The notes under the pieces: model-generated
Database searches by the model: none
What the model was told of the DNA's origin: nothing
The model's input: only the letters and a program-made list of their open reading frames with translations
Part shown: piece after piece, positions 34,464 through 42,780 of the stretch
How positions within the stretch are numbered: position 1 is the stretch's first letter
Layout: the number at the start of each line of letters is the position of its first letter
Assembly: GCA_001564145.1 (NCBI GenBank)
Contig: LKMQ01000001.1
Span: 1 to 51,737, forward strand
Length of the DNA: 51,737 nt
Direction: 5' to 3'
From: Nanohaloarchaea archaeon B1-Br10_U2g29
GTDB taxonomy: Archaea > Nanohalarchaeota > Nanosalinia > Nanosalinales > Nanosalinaceae
Translations under genes and position numbers: made by a program

Positions 34464-35849
34464 ATGGTACAACAAGAATACAAGACAATTAGCGAAGTTA
34501 AAGGCCCTCTAGTCTTTGTAGAAAAGACCGAGGATATCGCCTACGGAGATATTGTAGAAATCGAAACACCTGACGGAAACGTCAAACAAGGAGAAGTCCT
34601 AGAAACTTCTAAAGACGTTGTAATTATCCAAGTCTACGAAGAGACACAGGGAATTGGCCAAGATGCCAAAGTACGTTTTATGAATGAAAACGTAAAGATG
34701 CCTGTAACCGAAGACCTACTAGGAAGAGTACTGGATGGTAAAGGCCAGCCAATCGACAACGGGCCAGAAGTAATCCCAGATGAAGAAAGAGATATTGTCG
34801 GAGAAGCAATCAACCCATCCAGCAGAGAACTACCAGAAGACTTCATCCAGACAGGCGTTTCAACAATCGACGTCATGAACACATTAGTCCGAGGACAGAA
34901 ACTCCCAATATTCTCAGGATCAGGCCTACCGCACAACGAACTTGCAATGCAAATCGCACGACAGGCAGATATTAAAGGAGACAAAGAGTTCGCTGTAGTA
35001 TTCGCAGGAATGGGAATTACAGAAGAAGAAAGCCAAGAGTTCATCGAAGAACTTGAAAGTACTGGAGCGCTTGAAAGAAGCGTAATGTTCCTGAACAAGG
35101 CCTCAGATCCAGCACCGGAGAGAATTATTACCCCGCGTATGGCTTTGACAACTGCAGAGTACCTGGCATATGAGAAGGGAATGGAAGTACTTGTAATTAT
35201 GACCGATATGACCAACTACTGTAACGCACTTAGAGAGGTAAGTGCAGCACGTGAAGAAGTACCTGGTAGAAGAGGATACCCAGGATACATGTATACAGAC
35301 CTTGCAAACCTTTACGAGAGAGCAGGGATTATTGATGGCCGTGAGGGAAGTGTTACACAGTTGCCAATCTTGACGATGGTTGGAGACGATATGACACACC
35401 CTATTCCTGACCTTACAGGATATATTACAGAAGGCCAGATTGTAGTTGACAGAGACCTCGACAACCAAGATATAGCACCTCCAATCGATGTGCTTCCAAG
35501 CCTTTCCAGACTGATGGACAATGGTATAGGAGAAGGTTACACTCGAGGCGACCATGGAGACGTCAAGGACCAACTATATGCTTTGTATGCAGAAGGACAG
35601 GACCTGAGAGATCTTGTAGCAATCGTTGGAGAAGACGCTCTTTCAGATAGAGATGAGAAAATCCTCAAGTTCACCAATATGTACGAAAAACATTTCGTGG
35701 ATCAGGGATTCAATGGCAACCGTCAGATTGAAGAGTCTCTTGAACTCGCATGGGACTTACTCTCAATCGTTCCAATGGATGAACTAACAAGAATCGACAG
35801 AGAACTCAGAGAAGAAAAACTGGAAGACAGAAACCCAGAGTTCAACTAG
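34464..35849 (+). CDS. atpB: A-type ATP synthase subunit B
   Basis: 461 aa. [15 protein letters not shown] and SRLMD motifs. Start is 1 nt after the atpA stop. Confidence 0.95.
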   Translation: MVQQEYKTISEVKGPLVFVEKTEDIAYGDIVEIETPDGNVKQGEVLETSKDVVIIQVYEETQGIGQDAKVRFMNENVKMPVTEDLLGRVLDGKGQPIDNGPEVIPDEERDIVGEAINPSSRELPEDFIQTGVSTIDVMNTLVRGQKLPIFSGSGLPHNELAMQIARQADIKGDKEFAVVFAGMGITEEESQEFIEELESTGALERSVMFLNKASDPAPERIITPRMALTTAEYLAYEKGMEVLVIMTDMTNYCNALREVSAAREEVPGRRGYPGYMYTDLANLYERAGIIDGREGSVTQLPILTMVGDDMTHPIPDLTGYITEGQIVVDRDLDNQDIAPPIDVLPSLSRLMDNGIGEGYTRGDHGDVKDQLYALYAEGQDLRDLVAIVGEDALSDRDEKILKFTNMYEKHFVDQGFNGNRQIEESLELAWDLLSIVPMDELTRIDRELREEKLEDRNPEFN

Positions 35850-35862
35850 AGGGCTTAAAAAT

Positions 35863-36495
35863 ATGAGTCAAGACGTAAAACCTACAAGAAGTGAAGAACT
35901 CCGGTTAAAAGAGAGAATTGACTTAGCGGAAAACGGTCACTCAATTCTTGAGCAGAAAAGAGATGGCCTTATCCATGAGTTCATGGAAGTAGTTGGCGAA
36001 GCTAAAAACGTCAATGAAGAACTCGCCAACTTATACAGCCAAGCCAGGCTTAAACTTCTTCTCACAGAGGTATACGATGGAGAGGCCTCAATCCAAGCCA
36101 ATGCATTGAACACTGAAAATGGCTCGGAAATCGAACTTGAATCACAGAATATAATGGGTGTAAAAGTACCTGAAATTGAGTCAATACAGGTCAGCAGAGG
36201 CTTAATGGAAAGAGAGTACGGTCTTACAGATTCTTCTGCAAGGATAGATGCAACGGCAGAGAAATTCGAAGAACTTTTAGAGAAAGTCGTAGATGCAGCA
36301 GAGACGCAGACTAAGATTATGAGGTTGCTAAATGAAATAGAGAAGACAAAGAGACGAGTAAACGCTTTAGAACACAAAATCATTCCGGAAATGCAGGAAG
36401 GCCTTGATAAGGTATCGCAGCTACTTGAGGAAAGAGAAAGAGAAGAGACTTTCCGTATGAAGAAGATTAAGGAAATGCAGGAAGAAGAGGCCTAG
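35863..36495 (+). CDS. atpD: A-type ATP synthase subunit D (central stalk)
   Basis: 210 aa. VKPTRSEELRLKERI N-terminus and RRVNALEHKIIPE motif. Confidence 0.9.
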   Translation: MSQDVKPTRSEELRLKERIDLAENGHSILEQKRDGLIHEFMEVVGEAKNVNEELANLYSQARLKLLLTEVYDGEASIQANALNTENGSEIELESQNIMGVKVPEIESIQVSRGLMEREYGLTDSSARIDATAEKFEELLEKVVDAAETQTKIMRLLNEIEKTKRRVNALEHKIIPEMQEGLDKVSQLLEEREREETFRMKKIKEMQEEEA

Positions 36496-37463
36496 AGACC
36501 TACATCTCTTATTCTTTTAATTAAGTCCTCTCTAAATTCTTTTCTAGTTTCTTCATCAAATCTTGAACCCCAATTAGGGAATCCTGCAATTATCCAGATA
36601 ACTGTTAATTTTCTGTAAAACTGTCTTCTCACATTAAATCCTTCTCTATCGATACTTTTTTCACTTTCATAGGCCTCGTAAAGAATCCCTCTAAGCTTGT
36701 CTTTCTTTTCACCGGAAAGGAAGTCTAAATCGTAGTCAATCAGAAGATACTCTGCCCGCACTATATCATATTCATGATGTCCGGCTTCAGGATGACTCCA
36801 GTCAAGAAATGCTGTTACCTTTTCTCCGTCTACCAGCAAATTATCAAGCCTGTTATCTAGATGGAGAAGAACGGATTCAGGCCTTTCAGGAAGCTTCTCT
36901 CTGATTTCACTGTTTTCAGGAAAATTAATTTCCGGCGGATTATCCCAACCCTTAGTTATCAAATCCTCTAGTTCATCTAAATCCTCAATAATAGATGAAC
37001 TCCATTTTTCATTCGAATAGACATTATCGAGCTCTCCTTGGAATCCTCCAAGCATTCCATAATCTTCGAAACCTGTGTTTGAATGAATTAAACCAAGAAT
37101 TCTGCCAATTTCCTTAATTATAGATTTCAAAACTTTGTAATCAATTTCTTTTTTGAAGCCTTCAGGGTTAACTCCATCAAGCTTTTCCATTACAAAGAAG
37201 GGATTACCTTGTCCTGGCTGAGGCTTAGAAAAAACCACTCGGGGTGACGGAATACTTAGTTTGTGAAGTTCTTGGTAGATTAATGGTTCAGCTCTGAACC
37301 ATTCAATATCATTTCTCTGATTCGTTCGTTCCTTAACAATAAAATCTCCTTTTGAGGCCTTGATTCTGTAAATAGAGTTCAGGCCTTCGTCAATCTCCTC
37401 AAAAGATTCTATAGAACCGATTCCCCCATTATTTGTTATCTCTTCTATTAAATTATCTCTCAT
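36492..37463 (-). CDS. APH/choline-kinase-family phosphotransferase
   Basis: Catalytic loop LLHLDNRLDNLLV (HxDxxxxN) and metal-binding FLDWS. 323 aa. Shares a CTAG stop tetramer with convergent atpD. Confidence 0.75.
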   Translation of the reverse strand: MRDNLIEEITNNGGIGSIESFEEIDEGLNSIYRIKASKGDFIVKERTNQRNDIEWFRAEPLIYQELHKLSIPSPRVVFSKPQPGQGNPFFVMEKLDGVNPEGFKKEIDYKVLKSIIKEIGRILGLIHSNTGFEDYGMLGGFQGELDNVYSNEKWSSSIIEDLDELEDLITKGWDNPPEINFPENSEIREKLPERPESVLLHLDNRLDNLLVDGEKVTAFLDWSHPEAGHHEYDIVRAEYLLIDYDLDFLSGEKKDKLRGILYEAYESEKSIDREGFNVRRQFYRKLTVIWIIAGFPNWGSRFDEETRKEFREDLIKRIRDVGL

Positions 37464-37845
37464 CTATTTGTTTGACCTCTTCTTCTATTCTCTCGAAGGC
37501 TCTATCGTAATCAGTATCTGGATGGTTGGGATCTTCAATATTCCATACTTCAACATTATTTGGGCTTAGATCAAAGTTTCTCTTAACAAATTCTGAATGT
37601 TTTGGCATCATACATACTATCCTGTCTGCTTGAGTTATTGCCCGCTGAGAAACCTTGTCAGGAACAGGCTTCAGATATTCCAAGGCCTCGCTCTTCTCAA
37701 GCTGATCTTGTGTGATTTCAGCTACTTTGTCACTAGGATGGACTCCAGCTGATTCAACTTCATAATTAGAATAATACTTTCTAATTAAGGCCTCAGCTAA
37801 GGGGCTTCTGTAAGAGTTACCTGTGCAGATAAAAAGGATTCTCAC
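37453..37845 (-). CDS. low-molecular-weight protein-tyrosine phosphatase / ArsC-like
   Basis: P-loop ILFICTGNSYRS (C-x5-R-S). I prefer the GTG at 37845 (MRILFICTGN; TATA-like element ~29 nt upstream). The track's TTG at 37884 is the alternative. The 3' end overlaps the kinase start by 11 nt. Confidence 0.75.
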   Translation of the reverse strand: MRILFICTGNSYRSPLAEALIRKYYSNYEVESAGVHPSDKVAEITQDQLEKSEALEYLKPVPDKVSQRAITQADRIVCMMPKHSEFVKRNFDLSPNNVEVWNIEDPNHPDTDYDRAFERIEEEVKQIDER

Positions 37846-37868
37846 GTTCAGTATTTGTGATAACAAGG

Positions 37869-37880
37869 CTTTAACTTTAA
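37869..37880. promoter_or_regulatory. AT-rich TATA-like element (CTTTAACTTTAA) between divergent genes
   Basis: Centre is 29.5 nt from the GTG at 37845 (minus) and 25.5 nt from the ATG at 37900 (plus). Confidence 0.35.
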
Positions 37881-37899
37881 CCAAGCTCCAGTAGAGTTC

Positions 37900-38334
37900 A
37901 TGAAACTAGTTAGAAAAATCATCAAAGGACCTGTTGAGAGACTAATTTTAATGAGATTCATTGGAAAGTTTCTCTGGGCACCAGTAAGCGTAGCAGTATT
38001 AGCAGAGGGAAAACACGACGACTACCTGGTCCTGAACTCAGACCCACATTACGAACTACCTGGAGGCCTCATAAAATCAGGCGAAAAGTTGCGTGAAGCC
38101 GCTAAAAGAGAAGTAAAGGAAGAAACCGGTTTCAACGTAGAGCTCGGTGACTTACTAGATATACATAATCATGGAGGCATCACATTTTTCTTTCACGGAA
38201 AAGTAACTGGCGGAGAAAAAAGCGGTAGCTGGGAAGGAAAACCTGAATTTATTAAGAAAGAAGAAATGAAAGAAAAGGCCTGGAAACTGGAGCACTCCCA
38301 TGTCCACGACTATTTATTCCCAGAAGAAAACTAA
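37900..38334 (+). CDS. NUDIX hydrolase
   Basis: Nudix box LPGGLIKSGEKLREAAKREVKEETGF. Confidence 0.75.
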   Translation: MKLVRKIIKGPVERLILMRFIGKFLWAPVSVAVLAEGKHDDYLVLNSDPHYELPGGLIKSGEKLREAAKREVKEETGFNVELGDLLDIHNHGGITFFFHGKVTGGEKSGSWEGKPEFIKKEEMKEKAWKLEHSHVHDYLFPEEN

Positions 38335-38337
38335 GGC

Positions 38338-39552
38338 CTATTTCTCCTCTGGTTCTGCATCTTTAGCATCAGGCATTTTCTTGTCGCCAGCATCCTTTGC
38401 TATCTTTGAAGGATCCATATTTGGAGCTATTTTTTCAGCTTCATCTTCCTTCATATCCCTTAAATCTTTACCAACCTGGGAAATGAAGTCCCTGGAATCT
38501 GATTTAAGTTCGTAAAGCTCTTTCTCACCAACGTCATCCAACTCTTTCTCCTTAATCTTTGAGATTACTTGATCCCATTTTTCAAACATTTCAACATGTT
38601 CCTCATCTACATCAAGGTTGTCAGCTACAGCCTTTGGAAGATCCTCCTTATCTTCTGGAGGCTCTACATCCTGTGATTTAAGCGCTGCAACATTAGCTTT
38701 CAGGAACTTTTTGTAGTCTTCCACTATGTTCTGGACCTTTTTTCTTGCACCCATTTGAGATACGAGTTCATGCATCCTTCTGATAAACTTATCAGTCTTC
38801 TCAAGATGTTCGTCTACAGCTTTACCTGTTACATCTTCAGGATTTTTTTCTCCTAAATCTCCGAAGTCATAGATGTCCTGAGCGATCTCAACGTATTCCT
38901 GTTCAAGCATATCATCTACAAACATGTCCTCTAAGACGTTAGGTACGTTTTCTTTAGCTGGAGGGTTCTTCCCTGCTAACATGATTGGTGCTTGTCCTGC
39001 ACTAGCCATCGCTTGTTCAAGTTTATGAGGTATTGAGGATTTAACTGTCTGTTCTGCTTTCTTATATCCTGCTGCGCCAGTTCTTAATCTTTTTCTGACT
39101 GACTCCTGTGTTCCAGAAATTCTACCTCTCTGAAGAAGCCGTTTAGCAGGCATAAAAATCCCTGTATCATATACAGGCTCTCCATTACGCACTGCTTCAA
39201 TAGCTAGTGGCTCTCCTTTTCTAAGAGAATCCCAGAAATCTGTCAGGAATGGGAAATACTGAATAGTAATTCTATCATCTGTTTCCTTCGCCAAACTTGT
39301 AACTTTCTTTCTGATCTTCTGTTTGGCATCGTCAGGAACATCTTTCTCTAATTTAGTATCATCTAATACAACTAAAGTATCTATATCGCTGTCATGGCCA
39401 TGCTCTCCTTTCGCAACACTACCCCACACGGCTACTACTTTAACCTTATCACCTAGTTTGTCAACCAGTTTATCGGAGAACTCTTGAGCAGCCTCCATCC
39501 TTCTCTCTTTTGACTTCTCTCTCATATCCTGAAGTTTATCCTTTGAACTCAT
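38338..39552 (-). CDS. polymerase-beta-superfamily nucleotidyltransferase fused to a helical (HEPN/KNTase_C-like) domain and a charged C-terminal tail
   Basis: VVAVWGSVAKGEHGHDSDIDTLVV is the GS-x(n)-DxD minimal NTase motif. The following ~150 aa are helical, and the last ~130 aa are K/E/D-rich. Confidence 0.65.
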   Translation of the reverse strand: MSSKDKLQDMREKSKERRMEAAQEFSDKLVDKLGDKVKVVAVWGSVAKGEHGHDSDIDTLVVLDDTKLEKDVPDDAKQKIRKKVTSLAKETDDRITIQYFPFLTDFWDSLRKGEPLAIEAVRNGEPVYDTGIFMPAKRLLQRGRISGTQESVRKRLRTGAAGYKKAEQTVKSSIPHKLEQAMASAGQAPIMLAGKNPPAKENVPNVLEDMFVDDMLEQEYVEIAQDIYDFGDLGEKNPEDVTGKAVDEHLEKTDKFIRRMHELVSQMGARKKVQNIVEDYKKFLKANVAALKSQDVEPPEDKEDLPKAVADNLDVDEEHVEMFEKWDQVISKIKEKELDDVGEKELYELKSDSRDFISQVGKDLRDMKEDEAEKIAPNMDPSKIAKDAGDKKMPDAKDAEPEEK

Positions 39553-39573
39553 TAGGCCTCACGAAAATTATTT

Positions 39574-40161
39574 ATGGAAACAGACTTAAAAACTTTCCCA
39601 TATATTTGTTACTTGAAGGTACTAATGAGTGAAGAATATTATCCGATGTGGGATGAAGGCAAACTTCGTGGAGATTACATAGGGAGATTTGACTCATATC
39701 AAACATTAGTAGAAGAAAGCAGCCCTGACATAATCTACCTCAATGGAGCTCCTGAAGACGAGATAGATGATAGAGCTGATTGGTCATTGGTACATGAAAG
39801 CAATCTAATAGAGTACGGAAATATGTCAGAACATGAAATACATTTTTTTGGCCCAGAAGAAGAATTATCAAAAGTGAAAGGCAAAATGAGGCATGAGAAT
39901 TTACCTCCAACAATGTTATTGGACGGCCAAAAAAACAGGTTAGAAGAATATAAGGAACTAAGAGATAATATTGACGGAGATGAAAAGATTCATTTTATCG
40001 GTAGCGATTACACAATAGAGCAAGATAGAATACTACAGGAACATGTTTTACCTAATATTCAAGCAGAATTTATAGGGGCAGAAACTGGCAAAGATAGTTC
40101 AACTGAAAGAATTAAACGTAGACTATATGCTGAAGCACTTAAACTCGCTGATAGATTTTAA
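39574..40161 (+). CDS. hypothetical protein
   Basis: 195-aa ORF. A more likely start is MSEEYYPMW at 39625 (AT-rich element ~22-34 nt upstream). No motif recognised. Confidence 0.5.
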   Translation: METDLKTFPYICYLKVLMSEEYYPMWDEGKLRGDYIGRFDSYQTLVEESSPDIIYLNGAPEDEIDDRADWSLVHESNLIEYGNMSEHEIHFFGPEEELSKVKGKMRHENLPPTMLLDGQKNRLEEYKELRDNIDGDEKIHFIGSDYTIEQDRILQEHVLPNIQAEFIGAETGKDSSTERIKRRLYAEALKLADRF

Positions 40162-42771
40162 TTAACGGTACTCTTCACCTGAAAATTCCTGAGGATTATT
40201 ATCTGCCTTGAGCGAAGCTGTACTAGTCCAAGTATAATTGAAATTAGTAGCCTCTAGAAGACCTTCCAAGGGATCAAACGCATGCTGCTCAATCTTCGCC
40301 CATTCCCGGTTAAATGAAGGCCTATCCATTCCGAAGAATCTCGCCATTAATGCTTCTTCCTCGTCCCTATACTCGCTTCCAGGATCAACTCTTGCAGGAT
40401 CAAGATCTTCAGGAGAAATTCCAAGCTCAATCATATTCATCGACAGCTTAGCCTTCTGAACAGTTCCAGACATCTCTCCACCGACTTCATACATAATCGA
40501 AGCTCTCTCATCACTTTGGGTAAACCCGTTCTGCACCATATCATGCAGCCAAGTGTAAAGCTGTGTATCTCCCCATCGGAAAGGCCCATGTATATGCCCT
40601 GTTCCCTGGCTACTTTCATGACCTGGTTTTGTAAGGTGGTACATCCTCACCATTTGAGCCAAAGGCCTGTCTTCATCTACAGGCACACCATAATCATTGT
40701 TTTGCGCAAGCCACTCCTCCTGTTCGACTAATTTTTCCATCTGCTTCCAAGGATCAACTCCAAAACTTGCAGTATGCTCCATATCTATAGTGAACTTCAA
40801 AGGACACCCATAAAGATCATCATGAAGTTCGCCAATCTCATTTCTAGCCGTGATATTCACCGCTCTACAAGCTGCAACCATATCTTTAGGCCTCCACAAC
40901 TTGAAATGCGAATTAGCACTACCGTTCATCGCCTCAAAATTAACTCCAATACCATAATCATTCATCCATTCAATCCAAGTACACCCTTTTCTAGAATCTT
41001 CCTCCACATATTGGTTTCCATCCATATGAAACTCTGACTCAATCTGAGTAAAATGGCTCCAAACAACCACTGCAGCAGAAGCAGCCGAAACATCCTTTTT
41101 GAAAGCCTCATTGCTCTCTAACCTCTGAATATAGTCTCCGCCAAAATCAACTTCCCCATGCTTACTTTCAACAAGTATCTCCCAAATGAACTCTGGGGCT
41201 TCCCATCCTTCATGAACGACTTGTTCTCCTACAGATTCTTTAATATTAGAAGTACACATCCAAGCTGGGATAATCTTATGGAACAAGTTAGACTCCATCC
41301 ATAAGGCCTGCTCAAAACTATTAATCAACTGCTTCAAAAGATCCTGATGCTTCCTTTCAGGAGACTTTGTCTCAGCACCTTCAGCCTCAAAATAGTCTGG
41401 GTTACCTCTCATTACTTTCTCAGCATGTTTGGCCAAGCTATATTTTTCATCAAATCCTTGGGCTCTTTCCTGTATTTGGGTCTGTGTAATATCAAGTCGA
41501 CTTTGAAGAACTCCTAGTTTAGTATCTACAGATATAAAGAATTCATCATCTCCATTCCCCTCCCAAAGTTTGTCCATGGATTCTTCAGCCAATTGCAAGA
41601 ATTGCTTTTTTAGGTTCTGTTCGCTAGGCAAATTAAGTTCTTGAATTTTCTCTTCAATGTCATTATTTTCTATATCCTCTCTATCTCTTAATATACCCCG
41701 AACTCTTTTCTCGATTTGAACTCCGTTCTTATTTAATTCATAAATCAATTCTCCTATCCTATTTAAATCATCTCCAGACCTTACTCTATTAGCTTGTTGG
41801 AATAGATCGGCCAGATCTGTTATCCTTGATATCTCAAACATATCTGAAAGTTCTGATAATTCTGATAGTTCGTCCGGCAAAATCTCCGTCAAATCTATTG
41901 GTTCTTCTAACTCAAGTTTGTTGTGATCTTCAATTAGCTCTCGCCATTTTAGGCCTGAACCCCTGTCCTGCATACTTACAGACTGTAGCATTGCAGCTTT
42001 CTCCAAAAGCTGATCTTCAGGATCTACTCCTTCTAGTTCTGACAAGTTATTCCAAAAATCGTCAGCAGCCTCAGACTGTGCCCTTCTCCAAGCTCTTCTA
42101 AATTTTGGCGAAAATCTCTGGAACAATCCATAAATTTGATACTCGTCATCTACTTCTGAAAGAATGAAGGCCTTGTAGAAGTTCTCCAAGAACTCTTTAT
42201 TCCTGAACATGTTCTTCCCTGACTGATCTCGCATCTCTCTAAATTCTTCATTATATTCGCTGATTGGGAATCCGAATGGATCTAGGCCTACGTCCTGCGC
42301 CATTCTTTCTTTTAGCGGTGGTTCTTCATCAGTTGAGATATGAGGGTTAATTCTTGAGATTCTGAAGTCTAAGTCGGTTCTTTCCTCTTTTTCTTTTTTG
42401 AATGAAGCGAATTCTTGAAGATAGTTTGTGAAATAGTTGTGAGTTACGTCAAATCCTCTTCCTTGACCTGTTTTGTAAGCTGAGGTAAACCCTACATTAG
42501 GGTCAGCGTGGAAAGATACGTCAAGTCCTAAATCCTGTATAGTACTGTAGAGATCTGCTCTATCAATATGATATGTAGTAGGGTTTTCTACCTGTATCTC
42601 CATTTCACCGCCTCCTCGCTGAGCAAGCTCTCCAACTCTTCTGGCGAGCTCTGCAGGAACCTGCCCAATGTCAAGGCCTGAAGTATTTCCAACTTTGTAG
42701 TTAAGTTCCTGAGGATTAATTTCTTTATCTTCTGATTCAAATTTTTCTTTGAGTTTATCCATCAGGTACAT
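40162..42771 (-). CDS. large (869 aa) uncharacterised cytoplasmic protein; possible xylose-isomerase-like TIM barrel split by a long helical insert
   Basis: Ordered candidate metal ligands: VSFHADPN (H88), INPHIS (H144), VNFEAMNG (E613), FTIDMEHTASFG (D663/H666), MYHLTKP (H712), GHIHGPF, IMYEVGGE (E762). No TM helix, signal peptide or P-loop. Alternative start at 42762. Confidence 0.6.
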   Translation of the reverse strand: MYLMDKLKEKFESEDKEINPQELNYKVGNTSGLDIGQVPAELARRVGELAQRGGGEMEIQVENPTTYHIDRADLYSTIQDLGLDVSFHADPNVGFTSAYKTGQGRGFDVTHNYFTNYLQEFASFKKEKEERTDLDFRISRINPHISTDEEPPLKERMAQDVGLDPFGFPISEYNEEFREMRDQSGKNMFRNKEFLENFYKAFILSEVDDEYQIYGLFQRFSPKFRRAWRRAQSEAADDFWNNLSELEGVDPEDQLLEKAAMLQSVSMQDRGSGLKWRELIEDHNKLELEEPIDLTEILPDELSELSELSDMFEISRITDLADLFQQANRVRSGDDLNRIGELIYELNKNGVQIEKRVRGILRDREDIENNDIEEKIQELNLPSEQNLKKQFLQLAEESMDKLWEGNGDDEFFISVDTKLGVLQSRLDITQTQIQERAQGFDEKYSLAKHAEKVMRGNPDYFEAEGAETKSPERKHQDLLKQLINSFEQALWMESNLFHKIIPAWMCTSNIKESVGEQVVHEGWEAPEFIWEILVESKHGEVDFGGDYIQRLESNEAFKKDVSAASAAVVVWSHFTQIESEFHMDGNQYVEEDSRKGCTWIEWMNDYGIGVNFEAMNGSANSHFKLWRPKDMVAACRAVNITARNEIGELHDDLYGCPLKFTIDMEHTASFGVDPWKQMEKLVEQEEWLAQNNDYGVPVDEDRPLAQMVRMYHLTKPGHESSQGTGHIHGPFRWGDTQLYTWLHDMVQNGFTQSDERASIMYEVGGEMSGTVQKAKLSMNMIELGISPEDLDPARVDPGSEYRDEEEALMARFFGMDRPSFNREWAKIEQHAFDPLEGLLEATNFNYTWTSTASLKADNNPQEFSGEEYR

Positions 42772-42780
42772 AATTATTTT

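Noticed and set aside
34634-35573. Long antisense ORFs inside atpB (193 aa at 34634-35215 and 156 aa at 35103-35573, minus strand). Similar ones lie inside atpA, atpD, atpE and atpI.
   Set aside because: They lie entirely within genes that have unambiguous ATP synthase homology on the other strand. Their translations are low-complexity (S/L/I/C-rich) and non-acidic, unlike every credible protein here. They are a by-product of the GAR/purine-rich codon usage of the sense strand.
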